DNA of 64,000 nucleotides from a virus. The notes beneath the pieces are model-generated. The model was given only the letters and a program-made list of their open reading frames with translations. It was not told where the DNA came from and ran no database searches. Shown here in pieces: positions 1 through 9,670 of this stretch. Each line of letters opens with the position of its first letter. The first letter of the stretch is position 1. The stretch spans positions 96,001-160,000 of the IMG/VR virus record IMGVR_UViG_3300022562_001814, one strand, 5' to 3'. A program made the translations under genes and the position numbers.

Positions 1-2
1 GC

Positions 3-2117
3 ACATCAGTTTCACCTTTCAGGGAGGGTGATTATTTCACTTTACAAGTTAAAGGTGGTGCTCTTAGTCGTAATGATTCGTTAACTGCTACATATATATC
101 TGTAGCTGATATTAATGATCCTGAATTTTTTACTTCGGCAGATGAATTAGTTGCTAAACACGGTTCGCCAAGTACTGAAAATACTCTTTCATTAGGTGCT
201 CAGTTAGCATTTTCTAATAGTCCACCAGGCGTTTATGCTTTGCAAGCTAAACCGCCACTTCCACGTAGAACTTCAATTAATTTGGTATCAAGTTTTGATG
301 CAACATCTACGGATGTAGATGATTTCGTGGTTCCGTTACCTTTAGGAGTAATGCCTGATTTAGATACTGATATTCACTTTTTTGTTACTGATCCTACAAC
401 AAAAGTTGAAACACAACTTCTACCAAATAAATGGGATTTCTATACTTTAGATACTGCAGGAAATCCAACTACAGACGCTTTTGTGTTTGATGATGTAGAC
501 CCTCCTGGCGGCTACTCATTCTCATATTCTGTTAATCAAAGTGATGCGGTACTTAATTTTGGTAATGACGGTTATTTAAACAGAAGCCTAACTTCATCGG
601 TTTTAGGCACTTTTAGTGTTGATGGCACCACATTTACTTCATCATATGTTGGTAAGAAATTAAAGATATTTGATTCAGTTAATTTGGCAAATAGTGGTAC
701 TTGGGACGTTATCGGTGTTACCGATGGTGAATTAAATATTCAAGCTACCGGTACAACTCCATTTGATGCTTTCGTTACTGATGCTGCCAATGTTGATTTC
801 TATCTTTTAAATCCAGTTACTGGATTAACTGTTGCATTAAGTACGGCAACAGATGGTTATATAGCTCCACTTGCCGGTATTCAAGCCACGTTTGGAAGCT
901 TAAGTATTGATTTTACAACATTAGCGGCTGGAGAAGGACTACCGTTAACAATAGCTGGATTAAAATTAGTTGTAACAGATTCGACTACGGCTACAAATAT
1001 CGGAACTTTTGATATTATTTCTGATAGCGGTGGAGGAGCCATTGTTATTTCGAAATCATTTGTAAGCGAACATGATCTTGATTACGAAGTATTAGATACT
1101 TCAAGTACTAGCAGTTATATCGTATTAAATCATAATATTGTGCCAGATGGTAATTCATTACGCATAACATTAATTGATGAGCGTGATGCTGACTTCTATG
1201 ATGCTGGTTGGATAGCAGCTCTTGAAAAATTGGAAACAATTGAAGTTGATATATTGGTTCCGCTACCAACACAAACGCCTTCAATTATTTTCCAAAATTT
1301 CTTAAATCATTGTATTACAATGAGCAATTTAAGAAATAAGAGAGAGCGTGTACTATTTACCGGAGCAATTCAAGGATTAGCGCCTGAAAATCTAACAGGA
1401 GCCGAGCCTGCTGCCGTAGAAGATATTGGTATTCTTGAAGGTATTCAAGGTGATAATATCAGTGAAATTTTGGCTGGTAATACCGAAGATTTAACCAACT
1501 ATTCGGTTGCTGATGGATTCGGGCATACGTTTAGAGCAATGTATTTTTGGCCTGATGAAATTGTTGCTGTGGTTGGTGGAGAAAACACAATTATTGATGG
1601 TTTCTATATTGCTGCTGCAGCCGCAGGGCTTGTATCTGGTACAGCCAATATTGCAATGCCACTAACTCAAAAAGTAATTAGTGGATTTAATATTCTTCGT
1701 GATAAAACACTTTCGGTTACAACTATGGAACAATTGGCTGCTGCAGGTGTAACTGTACTACAACCGGTTGCTGGTGGTGGAAGAGTTATCTGGGGCAAGA
1801 CAACAACGCAAAGCGGTTTCCCAGAAGAAGAAGAAATGTCGATCGTCTTTATTAGAGATCGTATTGCTAAGTCTTTACGTACTGGCTTTGCAGGATTTAT
1901 TGGAATTCCTGAAGATCCAGATGTTATTCCAATGTTAACAACTAGGGCGGTTGGATTATTAAATGCATTTATTGCTCAAAATATAATCACAGACTTTGCT
2001 AGCTTGGTAGTTAGACGTGACTCTGTAGATCCAAGACAATGGAATATTAGTGTGAAAGTGCAGCCTAACTATCCTGTCAATTTCATTTTCATAAGAGTTG
2101 GAATCGGCACGATATAA
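3..2117 (+). CDS. Contractile tail sheath protein, 5'-truncated, with inserted beta-rich domains
   Basis: The frame is open from position 3 (TSVSPFREGDYF...GVYALQAKPP), so the listed TTG start at 240 is not the real start. The C-terminus is sheath-like (MEQLAAAGVTVLQPVAGGGRVIWGKTT...SIVFIRDRIAKSLR...WNISVKVQPNYPVNFIFIRV), and the tube gene follows. Confidence 0.9.
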   Translation, partial: TSVSPFREGDYFTLQVKGGALSRNDSLTATYISVADINDPEFFTSADELVAKHGSPSTENTLSLGAQLAFSNSPPGVYALQAKPPLPRRTSINLVSSFDATSTDVDDFVVPLPLGVMPDLDTDIHFFVTDPTTKVETQLLPNKWDFYTLDTAGNPTTDAFVFDDVDPPGGYSFSYSVNQSDAVLNFGNDGYLNRSLTSSVLGTFSVDGTTFTSSYVGKKLKIFDSVNLANSGTWDVIGVTDGELNIQATGTTPFDAFVTDAANVDFYLLNPVTGLTVALSTATDGYIAPLAGIQATFGSLSIDFTTLAAGEGLPLTIAGLKLVVTDSTTATNIGTFDIISDSGGGAIVISKSFVSEHDLDYEVLDTSSTSSYIVLNHNIVPDGNSLRITLIDERDADFYDAGWIAALEKLETIEVDILVPLPTQTPSIIFQNFLNHCITMSNLRNKRERVLFTGAIQGLAPENLTGAEPAAVEDIGILEGIQGDNISEILAGNTEDLTNYSVADGFGHTFRAMYFWPDEIVAVVGGENTIIDGFYIAAAAAGLVSGTANIAMPLTQKVISGFNILRDKTLSVTTMEQLAAAGVTVLQPVAGGGRVIWGKTTTQSGFPEEEEMSIVFIRDRIAKSLRTGFAGFIGIPEDPDVIPMLTTRAVGLLNAFIAQNIITDFASLVVRRDSVDPRQWNISVKVQPNYPVNFIFIRVGIGTI

Positions 2118-2125
2118 ATAGATTT

Positions 2126-2453
2126 ATGAAATTTGAAGGTAATTTTCTAAATCAAGTCAAATTGCTATTTGATCAACATATCGGTTCCAGAGAAATTGCT
2201 CAAAAACTTGGCTGCACTCGTTGGAAAGTACAGCAAGCTTATAAAGAACTTGGAATCAATAACATTGGTAGACATAAAAAACGTACCGCTCGTCTTTATT
2301 CTTTATGTCGAGCGGTGCTGTAAAATTTGTAATATAATAAAATCAATAGATCAATTTAGACAAAGAGAAAAAAAGAATCGTATTTTCCAGCTCTATTTTA
2401 CTTTTATAAAAGATGAAAATTTACGATTTATAAATTTAAGTATAATATTTTAG
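2126..2453 (+). pseudogene. Frameshifted, truncated paralog of the N-terminal half of the adjacent HNH endonuclease
   Basis: ORF 2126-2323 (FLNQVKLLFDQHIGSREIAQKLGCTRWKVQQAYKELGI) aligns to FLNKVLVLFNQGLGKVKISRILNVHPCKINRAYIKLGI of ORF 2480-3409. The next frame gives ERCCKICNIIKSIDQF, matching EKYCKLCEKTIPIENF. No HNH domain follows. Confidence 0.65.
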
Positions 2454-2479
2454 ACGTGTCAAAAAACGAGATATAATAA

Positions 2480-3409
2480 ATGAAAGTTTGTTCTAAATGT
2501 AAGTTATCTAAACCATTAGATTCCTTTTCAGTTAAAAATAAGACTAATGTAATTAAATATAATTCTTGGTGTAAATCTTGTTTCAACATATATCAAAAAA
2601 ATAAGCGAAGTAATAAATGTAAAATTACAATATATAATGATGAATTTCTTAATAAAGTATTAGTGTTATTTAATCAAGGGTTGGGAAAAGTAAAAATAAG
2701 TAGAATATTAAACGTGCATCCTTGTAAAATTAATAGGGCTTATATTAAATTAGGGATCAAAAACAGTTATCTAACAAAAAATAAAAATAACACTAGAAAA
2801 ACGCACCTAATAACAGAAAAATATTGCAAATTATGTGAGAAAACTATTCCTATTGAAAATTTTTTCTTCTACATTGATAAATGTGGCAGAAAGAGAATTA
2901 AATTCATATGTAAATTTCATCAAAAAATTAAAGATAAAATAAGATTAAAATTAAGATATGAAAAATTAAAAAATACTTTAAAATTTAAAAAATCTCGTAA
3001 CCAATATATTAAAAATAAATATAAAACTGATATTAATTTTAGATTAAAATCAAATATATCAAAATTATTAAATAAATATTTAAAACGTAATTGTAAAAAG
3101 AAGGCTGGAAATACTTGTCAAAACCTTTTAGGATATTCTATCGCACAATTAAAAAATCATTTAGAAAATTTATTTGAGTCCTGGATGAATTGGAGTAATT
3201 GGGGTAAATATAATGCTAAAATTTGGGATGATAACGATCCTTCTACTTGGACCTGGCAGATTGATCACATTGTTCCCCAATCAGATTTGCCATCATTAAT
3301 TATTGGTGATGATAATTTTAAAAAATGTTGGGCATTAGAAAATTTAAGACCATATTCCGCTAAACTAAATTTTTTAGACGGCGTTTATAGGATAAGGCAT
3401 AAAAAGTAA
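2480..3409 (+). CDS. Free-standing HNH homing endonuclease (CxxC zinc fingers, HTH, C-terminal HNH-like domain)
   Basis: Contains MKVCSKC...WCKSC and a C-terminal LKNHLENLFESWMNWSNWG...WQIDHIVP...CWALENLRPYSAK. Lys-rich; inserted between sheath and tube. Confidence 0.8.
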   Translation: MKVCSKCKLSKPLDSFSVKNKTNVIKYNSWCKSCFNIYQKNKRSNKCKITIYNDEFLNKVLVLFNQGLGKVKISRILNVHPCKINRAYIKLGIKNSYLTKNKNNTRKTHLITEKYCKLCEKTIPIENFFFYIDKCGRKRIKFICKFHQKIKDKIRLKLRYEKLKNTLKFKKSRNQYIKNKYKTDINFRLKSNISKLLNKYLKRNCKKKAGNTCQNLLGYSIAQLKNHLENLFESWMNWSNWGKYNAKIWDDNDPSTWTWQIDHIVPQSDLPSLIIGDDNFKKCWALENLRPYSAKLNFLDGVYRIRHKK

Positions 3410-3456
3410 TATTAAGATATACATATGTAAGTTTTTTATGCATTTAAAGGATATAT

Positions 3457-4107
3457 ATGCCTCTTCTGACGCCCCAAACCAAAAGTATCATCGAGAACCC
3501 AAATGGTAGCAATAGAACCGGTACGGCTCTTTCTACTCATATTGTAATTCGTGTTGGTCCCAACCCAGTTGGCGCTGTTCAAAGTATAGAAATTAGAGAA
3601 GAAAGAACTGTAACCCCTGTTGATGAAGTTGGTACAGATGGTCATATTGATAGTGCTCCAACCCGGTCTACAAATATTTCTGGAAATTGTCGTAGAATTC
3701 GTTATGATCGTATTCGTGTTGCCGAAGCATTTAGTCGTGGCTTCTTACATGCAAAATCACAACGTATTCCATTTAATATAGATATTTATGACAAATGGAA
3801 TGGTGACGGCGCAGATAGTATGATTGTTACCACAATTAAAAATGTATGGATAACTGGAATTGATTATTCATATACTGCTGATAACTGGATTATTACAGAT
3901 AATATGTCATGGATGGCAGAAGATATTGGCAGTACTATTCAAGGCGGACCGGCTACGGCAGGTCTTGGTGGTCCACGCGCTCTAACGTTACAAACTGATG
4001 TCGAAGGAATTGAACAACGTGCTGATCGTGGTATGTTACGCGGCGCCCTTGACTCTTCATTCAGCCCAAGTACCGGACTTATAAATAGTATCTTTGGGGG
4101 CTTTTAA
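3457..4107 (+). CDS. Tail tube protein
   Basis: Follows the sheath. Beta-strand pattern (VGAVQSIEIREERTVTPVDEVG...FNIDIYD...TIKNVWITGIDYSYTADNWIITDNMSWMAE) is typical of myophage tube proteins. Confidence 0.8.
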   Translation: MPLLTPQTKSIIENPNGSNRTGTALSTHIVIRVGPNPVGAVQSIEIREERTVTPVDEVGTDGHIDSAPTRSTNISGNCRRIRYDRIRVAEAFSRGFLHAKSQRIPFNIDIYDKWNGDGADSMIVTTIKNVWITGIDYSYTADNWIITDNMSWMAEDIGSTIQGGPATAGLGGPRALTLQTDVEGIEQRADRGMLRGALDSSFSPSTGLINSIFGGF

Positions 4108-4138
4108 ACAGAAAACACACATATTTATGTATTAAAAT

Positions 4139-4888
4139 ATGCATTATCTGTATAAGATCACAAATTTAGTCAATAATAAAATTTATATTGGACAAACTGT
4201 ACAGCCAAATAAGCGTTGGTGGCAGCATCGATTTGAAGCTGCCAATCCAACTAAAGTAATACATTATGCCATTAATAAATACGGTGCTCATAATTTTGTT
4301 TTTGAAGTTATAGCTATGTCAAAAACAAAAAATGACGCCAATATTATTGAGATAGAGTTGATACGACAATATCAATCACATGTTTCCACTGGGTTAGGAT
4401 ATAATAATGCCATTGGTGGTAATAGTAATTCTGGATATCATCACTCCGAAGAAACTAGAAGAAAAATATCCAAAGCTAATAAAGGACAAAAACAAACACC
4501 AGAACAAAAAAAATTATTATTTGAAGGGTTAGCGAAGTGGGTAGAAGAAAATGGACCGCCACATAAAGGCAAAAAACATACCAAAGAAAGTAAACAAAAA
4601 ATGTCAGAAAGCCATAAAGGTTATTCTGCCTGGAATAAAGGTTTGATTGATTGTTTTTCAGAAGAAACGCGTCAAAAAATGGCTAATGCCAAAAGAGGTA
4701 AAAAAGCCTCCGAAGAGACTAAAAGAAAAATGTCAATATCTCGCACCAAAAACCGAAAATGTAGTATTGAAGATTGTGATAACCCGCATGACGCAAAAGG
4801 ATATTGTTCCAAACATTATTATCAATATATAGATAGAGAACAAGTAAAAAAAAGAAAAAAGCGTTACTACGAACGTCATAAACGTTAA
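4139..4888 (+). CDS. GIY-YIG (Seg-like) homing endonuclease with NUMOD3 repeats and a C-terminal Cys/His finger
   Basis: YLYKITNLVNNKIYIGQT, conserved R and E, GYN. Four SEET/TKES-RxKxS NUMOD3-like repeats. C-terminal CSIEDC...GYCSKHY. Confidence 0.9.
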   Translation: MHYLYKITNLVNNKIYIGQTVQPNKRWWQHRFEAANPTKVIHYAINKYGAHNFVFEVIAMSKTKNDANIIEIELIRQYQSHVSTGLGYNNAIGGNSNSGYHHSEETRRKISKANKGQKQTPEQKKLLFEGLAKWVEENGPPHKGKKHTKESKQKMSESHKGYSAWNKGLIDCFSEETRQKMANAKRGKKASEETKRKMSISRTKNRKCSIEDCDNPHDAKGYCSKHYYQYIDREQVKKRKKRYYERHKR

Positions 4889-4896
4889 TATTATAA

Positions 4897-4952
4897 TTAA
4901 TAACCTCACATCATTTGATATATATGTTAAATGATTGTGAGGTTTATTAATG
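4897..4952 (+). promoter_or_regulatory. RBS-sequestering hairpin with GATATATA motif at its apex, upstream of the tail chaperone
   Basis: ttaataacctcacatcattt (4897-4916) pairs with aaatgattgtgaggtttattaa (4929-4950) with two 1-nt bulges. The right arm contains the GAGG SD and the A of ATG. GATATATA lies at 4917-4924. Confidence 0.7.
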
Positions 4953-5558
4953 TCTTCATCATTTTATAAAAAAACAGCAGAACCACAAACTAAATTACGA
5001 GAATTTAATGTGGGAGATCCGGATGAAATGCCATCTATACCTGTAACTCAACCAACTTATTTACAAAATTCACAGGGATATGAATTATCTCCTGCCGAAA
5101 GAGATGAATTACAAAAATTAAGACAAGAAACAATAGCTAATAAAAATAAAGTAGGTGGTCATGCCAAACAAAGAATTGAATTATTAGCCAATATTGGTAG
5201 ATTATTCAAAGACGTTGAAATTGATGGTATTGTTTTCTCATTACGTACTTTAAAAGCTAAAGAGTCAAGAGAAGCAATGCTTTCTATATTTAAATGTACA
5301 AATGATGCTGATGCAGCTTTTGAAATTAGACGTCAAACTCTAGCTCGAGCCATTTTTAAAATAGATGGACAAGACATTGAGTCTACATTAGGTGGGGCGG
5401 ATTTTGATCTTAAATTGGGTTTGGTCGATGATATGGAAGAAACAATTATAACCAAATTATATAATGAATTCAATGAATTGAGGCACGAAGTTGGCGTTAA
5501 ATACGGTATTGAAAGCGAAACTCAAGCAAAGGAGGTTGCTGAAGATCTAAAAAAATAG
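4950..5558 (+). CDS. Tail assembly chaperone (G-like, short form)
   Basis: Acidic helical protein between tube and tape measure. Ends CTA AAA AAA TAG at a slippery site. Confidence 0.75.
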   Translation: MSSSFYKKTAEPQTKLREFNVGDPDEMPSIPVTQPTYLQNSQGYELSPAERDELQKLRQETIANKNKVGGHAKQRIELLANIGRLFKDVEIDGIVFSLRTLKAKESREAMLSIFKCTNDADAAFEIRRQTLARAIFKIDGQDIESTLGGADFDLKLGLVDDMEETIITKLYNEFNELRHEVGVKYGIESETQAKEVAEDLKK

Positions 5559-5893
5559 TTAAGGAGCCGGATCATAGGTTTTTATGGTATCTATGTAAGA
5601 CTTTTAAGAAATTTCCAGATGATCCTGAATTAGAGGACATGGATCCGGTTACCAAAATGTATATGTTCCATCATTGGTTAGAAGATACTAACGAGCAAGT
5701 TGAATTAGCCAAATATCATGGCTATTTAATAGGTTCGTTTACTAATCCAGAAGCAGTTAAACAAATGATTGGTGGAAATACTATTTCTGCCTCTGAAGAA
5801 GATTTTGAAGAAACTTCTAAATGGATTACAGAAGATATTAAGCAAGAAAGCCACCCCCCCAAACGACGTCGACGTAAACGAAAAATTATTTAA
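5549..5893 (+). CDS. Tail assembly chaperone GT-like extension, read by -1 frameshift (includes listed ORF 5639-5893)
   Basis: Heptamer A AAA AAA at 5549-5555. The -1 frame is open from there (KKIVKEPDHRFLWYLCKTFKKFPDDPELEDMDPVTK...) to the stop at 5893, immediately before the tape measure gene. Confidence 0.8.
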   Translation, partial: KKIVKEPDHRFLWYLCKTFKKFPDDPELEDMDPVTKMYMFHHWLEDTNEQVELAKYHGYLIGSFTNPEAVKQMIGGNTISASEEDFEETSKWITEDIKQESHPPKRRRRKRKII

Positions 5894-5900
5894 GGTTTAA

Positions 5901-8051
5901 ATGGGCGATCTTACTATTGAACAACTTAAACAGTTAGAAATACAATTAAAAGAAAATGCAAAACAGACAGAAATAAATACTTCTAAAATTAGAAGTTTTT
6001 TTGATTCGGCCAGTGAGGCGATAAAACAATATGGAGTAAAGTTTAAAGAAGCTGAAAAAAATATGAGCAGTTGGTCACTTAGTTCTAATAAAGATTTCGA
6101 TAAATTTGCTAATGGGCTTAATAAAACCATGACGTTAATGAGTAATTTTAAACCATTTGAAAATTTAAAATTAGAAGGTAGTTCCGCTATTAATACTATG
6201 AGTAATAAATTTGATGCTCTAGCAACTAAAATGGGCGGTATAACAAATGTTGCCACCGCATTAGGTGGAAAATACGCCCAAGCTTTATCAATGGGTGGTG
6301 AAAAAGCGGTAAAACAATTATTAGATCAGTCTAGTCAGGCAGAAATATTAGAACATAATTTGTTGGGTGTGATAAAAATGAGCGGAGAACTTGGAAAATA
6401 CCAAAAACAAATGGGTGATAACTACGAAAATTTAAATAAATTAACCGCAGATTTTGGTGCTGCTATGAATAATTCGGCAAAAGCTACCGGGTATAGTGTT
6501 GAACAAGTTACTCAATGGGCTATGTCTGCTAAACATATTCGTGGTTTTCTCGATCATACGGTTGAGGGATTAGGTAAATTCGGTGAAGGAATGTCAGCAA
6601 TGACGGCGGCTATTCAGTTATCTCGTAGTTCATCACAAGATATGAGTATTGTTTTAGGTACTCTAGTAAAAGCTTATGAAGATTTAGGTAATGCACAGGG
6701 ACCAGTAACGGATGGAGTTGAAAAAGGTCTGCACATGTTCAGTTTAATGCAAGAAGCTACTGATAAATTGGGTATTAGATTTGAAGATACTCAAGGATAT
6801 TTAACTCATGTTGCTGATGCTTTTAAATTTATTGGTGATAATACCCAGGGCGCCACTAATATATTAGCCAGATTTAGTGGGGCTTTGCAAAATACTGGAT
6901 TAACTGCCAAAGCCTCTGTAGATATTATACAAGGAATGGTTGATTCTGTTAATAGTTTGAGTATTGGTACTAAAGCGCTAATATCTCAACGCACAGGTGG
7001 TCCGGGTGGATTACAAGGCGCATTCCAAATAGAAAATTTATTAAGACAGGGTAAGGTAGATGAAGTTGCCAAAAAAATGGAGCAAACACTTCGCCAACAA
7101 TTTGGTGGTAAAATTTATAGCTTAGAAGAAGCTGCAAGAAGCCCTCAAGCTGCTTCTCAATTTATGCGCCAACGTGAATTATTAAAAAGTGGAGCCTTTG
7201 GCGGATTAGCTAAAACCGATGAAACTGCTAATAGATTATTAGAAGCTTTGTCTAAAGGTCCAACAGAAACCGCCAATGCATTAAAAAGTGCTGATGAAGC
7301 ATTAAAAGACAATGTTGCTGAAGGAACAAAATTAACTGAAAGGACTAATACAATATTAGATGATATGAATACTTCTATAGCTAGAGGCGTTATTATTCAA
7401 GAGCAGCAATTATTATTAGAAGCAAGATCAATTATCGGAACGGGAAAAAATGAAAAAGGTGAAGAATCTGCCTATGCTCAAGAATTAATAAAATCTTTGG
7501 AAGATACTGTTGCCAGAGACGTTGATCGTATGCGGCATAATAAACAGGGCGGTCCTCCAGAATTCAAGCAACTTTTGGCTACTGAAAATAGGGCGGCGGC
7601 CGGCGGATTTGGTAGATCTGTTGGGGCAGCTCCAGAAATATTTAATCGTTCGGCTAATTTAGTAAAAGATTATTTGCTTGGGGCAAGTGAATTGGTTGGT
7701 GGTAGTTATGGCAAAAATGTATCCGCAGAGGAAGCAACAAGGCAAAAAACATTAAATAATATTAAATTAGAGCAAGAACGTTCTCAAAGAGCCGCCGAAA
7801 GAGGTGCAAGAGAGATGGCTGCAAGAGCTATGAGACAACGACCAGCTAATTTAGCTGCTCATCTACCTAATTTAGAAACAACAAAACACGAAGTTGAAGT
7901 AAAACCAATTAAAGTTGATGTAACTGTTAATAATAATAATCCAACAGCAGATGTTCAAGTAAAGGTACGAGAAACAGAATCTGTAAATAAAACAACTAGC
8001 CGTACAGTTAATACAGGTGGGGTTAATACACGTATTAACCCAGGATACTAA
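5901..8051 (+). CDS. Tape measure protein
   Basis: Ala/Gly/Gln-rich helical 716-aa protein directly after the chaperone pair. Confidence 0.8.
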   Translation: MGDLTIEQLKQLEIQLKENAKQTEINTSKIRSFFDSASEAIKQYGVKFKEAEKNMSSWSLSSNKDFDKFANGLNKTMTLMSNFKPFENLKLEGSSAINTMSNKFDALATKMGGITNVATALGGKYAQALSMGGEKAVKQLLDQSSQAEILEHNLLGVIKMSGELGKYQKQMGDNYENLNKLTADFGAAMNNSAKATGYSVEQVTQWAMSAKHIRGFLDHTVEGLGKFGEGMSAMTAAIQLSRSSSQDMSIVLGTLVKAYEDLGNAQGPVTDGVEKGLHMFSLMQEATDKLGIRFEDTQGYLTHVADAFKFIGDNTQGATNILARFSGALQNTGLTAKASVDIIQGMVDSVNSLSIGTKALISQRTGGPGGLQGAFQIENLLRQGKVDEVAKKMEQTLRQQFGGKIYSLEEAARSPQAASQFMRQRELLKSGAFGGLAKTDETANRLLEALSKGPTETANALKSADEALKDNVAEGTKLTERTNTILDDMNTSIARGVIIQEQQLLLEARSIIGTGKNEKGEESAYAQELIKSLEDTVARDVDRMRHNKQGGPPEFKQLLATENRAAAGGFGRSVGAAPEIFNRSANLVKDYLLGASELVGGSYGKNVSAEEATRQKTLNNIKLEQERSQRAAERGAREMAARAMRQRPANLAAHLPNLETTKHEVEVKPIKVDVTVNNNNPTADVQVKVRETESVNKTTSRTVNTGGVNTRINPGY

Positions 8052-8060
8052 GGATAATAA

Positions 8061-8948
8061 ATGGGATTTTTAGGCGAAGTGGGTGGGGTTTTAAATAGCG
8101 CATTAGATAGTGCTATTTCTGGCGGTGAATCAGTATTAGATCGTTTAACTTCTAGCAGCGTTGCGCAACAGCGTTCTTTTGAAAAGGAAGGATTTATTAT
8201 TCCTCCTATTCCTTCAGCGAGCGGAGAGGGATTACCTGCAAGTAAAATACCCTCTCAACGCGGATTTAGAAACAAAAGGCATATTATACATTGGTTTGTT
8301 CCTGAAATAGGTGTAATTAATATGTATATTAATCCTCAATCTATTGATTATAATTTTAAAAAACTTATTACACCAGAAAGAACCAAAGGCGGATATGTTA
8401 TTCAATATTGGGGAGAAGAATTACCAACATTAGGTTTGCACGGAACAACAGGTAGTTCTGGAGTTGAAGGACTAAATGTTTTGTATGAAATTTATAGAGC
8501 GGAACAATTAAATTTTGATCCGATTGGATTAACCTTAGCCTCTGATAGTATGGTATCAGGATTAGGTAATCTTATTGGTGGTGCAAGCCAAACTTTAGGA
8601 GGTTTGGGCGGCGAATTACTCTCTTCAACAGCAGGAGTATTAGGACTTAATCCTTTAACACAAAGTATACTTCCACGTAATCCGCCAACCCTAGCTACAT
8701 TAGCTTTTGGTGTTGAAATGTATTATAATGGTTGGGTATTTCGTGGATATTTTAATAGTATGTCTTGGAAAGAATCTGTAGATAGATTAGGTATGTTTGA
8801 TTACGATATACAGTTTACAGTAACTCAACGTCGTGGATATAGATATAATTATCTACCATTTCAACGTAGCGCTAATAATGGTCCAAGTAATAATTCTGAA
8901 GGTGGCGTACCATTAAGCTATGGAGTAGGACCTTCATTTGATAGGTAA
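8061..8948 (+). CDS. Tail tube initiator / baseplate tube-like protein
   Basis: MYINPQSIDYNFKK...TKGGYVIQYWGEELPTLGLHGTTG...FRGYFNSMSWKES...FDYDIQFTV is a tube-fold pattern; located after the tape measure gene. Confidence 0.65.
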   Translation: MGFLGEVGGVLNSALDSAISGGESVLDRLTSSSVAQQRSFEKEGFIIPPIPSASGEGLPASKIPSQRGFRNKRHIIHWFVPEIGVINMYINPQSIDYNFKKLITPERTKGGYVIQYWGEELPTLGLHGTTGSSGVEGLNVLYEIYRAEQLNFDPIGLTLASDSMVSGLGNLIGGASQTLGGLGGELLSSTAGVLGLNPLTQSILPRNPPTLATLAFGVEMYYNGWVFRGYFNSMSWKESVDRLGMFDYDIQFTVTQRRGYRYNYLPFQRSANNGPSNNSEGGVPLSYGVGPSFDR

Positions 8949-8950
8949 AT

Positions 8951-9670
8951 ATGAAAGAAGAATTAAAATATTGTAAATATTGTGACAGTATGCAAATATC
9001 AAATACATTTCGTTACTTAAAATGTAGTAAATGTGTGAAATTACAAAAAAATAAAGTTTATACAATATATTATAAAAATAATAAGAAAAAAATACTTCAA
9101 GTTCGGAAAAAATACTGTGAAAATAATTCAGAAAAAATAAAATCATATTATGAAAAAAATAAAACTATTATACTTATAAAGAAAAAAATATATAAACAAA
9201 AAAATGCGGAAGCCATATCGATATATAATAAAAAATATAAAGAAAAAAATAGAGAAAAAATTAATAAACAAAGACAAGAGCGTTATCATAAAGATGTTTT
9301 TTATAGATTAAGAAATATAATATCTACTACCATTAGAAGTTATTTATATTCAAATAAAAGTAATAATTCTATTTATAATTATTTACCGTTCACAATACAA
9401 GAATTAAAACAACATTTAGAATCTCAATTTGAATCTTGGATGACGTGGGAAAATTATGGAAGATATAATATTAAAAATTGGAATGATAATGACTCTTCTA
9501 CTTGGACCTGGAATATAGATCATATAATTCCACAATCTAAGTTACCTTATATATCTATGGAAGATGATAATTTTAAACAATGCTGGTCACTCAATAATTT
9601 ACGCCCATTAAGTGCGAAACAAAATTTTATTGATGGAGTTACTTTAATACGTCATATAAAAGAGAAATAA
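8951..9670 (+). CDS. Free-standing HNH homing endonuclease (paralog of 2480-3409)
   Basis: CxxC pairs, Lys-rich helix, then ELKQHLESQFESWMTWENYG...WNIDHIIP...CWSLNNLRPLSAK. Confidence 0.8.
   Translation: MKEELKYCKYCDSMQISNTFRYLKCSKCVKLQKNKVYTIYYKNNKKKILQVRKKYCENNSEKIKSYYEKNKTIILIKKKIYKQKNAEAISIYNKKYKEKNREKINKQRQERYHKDVFYRLRNIISTTIRSYLYSNKSNNSIYNYLPFTIQELKQHLESQFESWMTWENYGRYNIKNWNDNDSSTWTWNIDHIIPQSKLPYISMEDDNFKQCWSLNNLRPLSAKQNFIDGVTLIRHIKEK

Noticed and set aside
240-242. Listed TTG start of the sheath ORF
   Set aside because: The frame is open from position 3, so the gene begins before the window.
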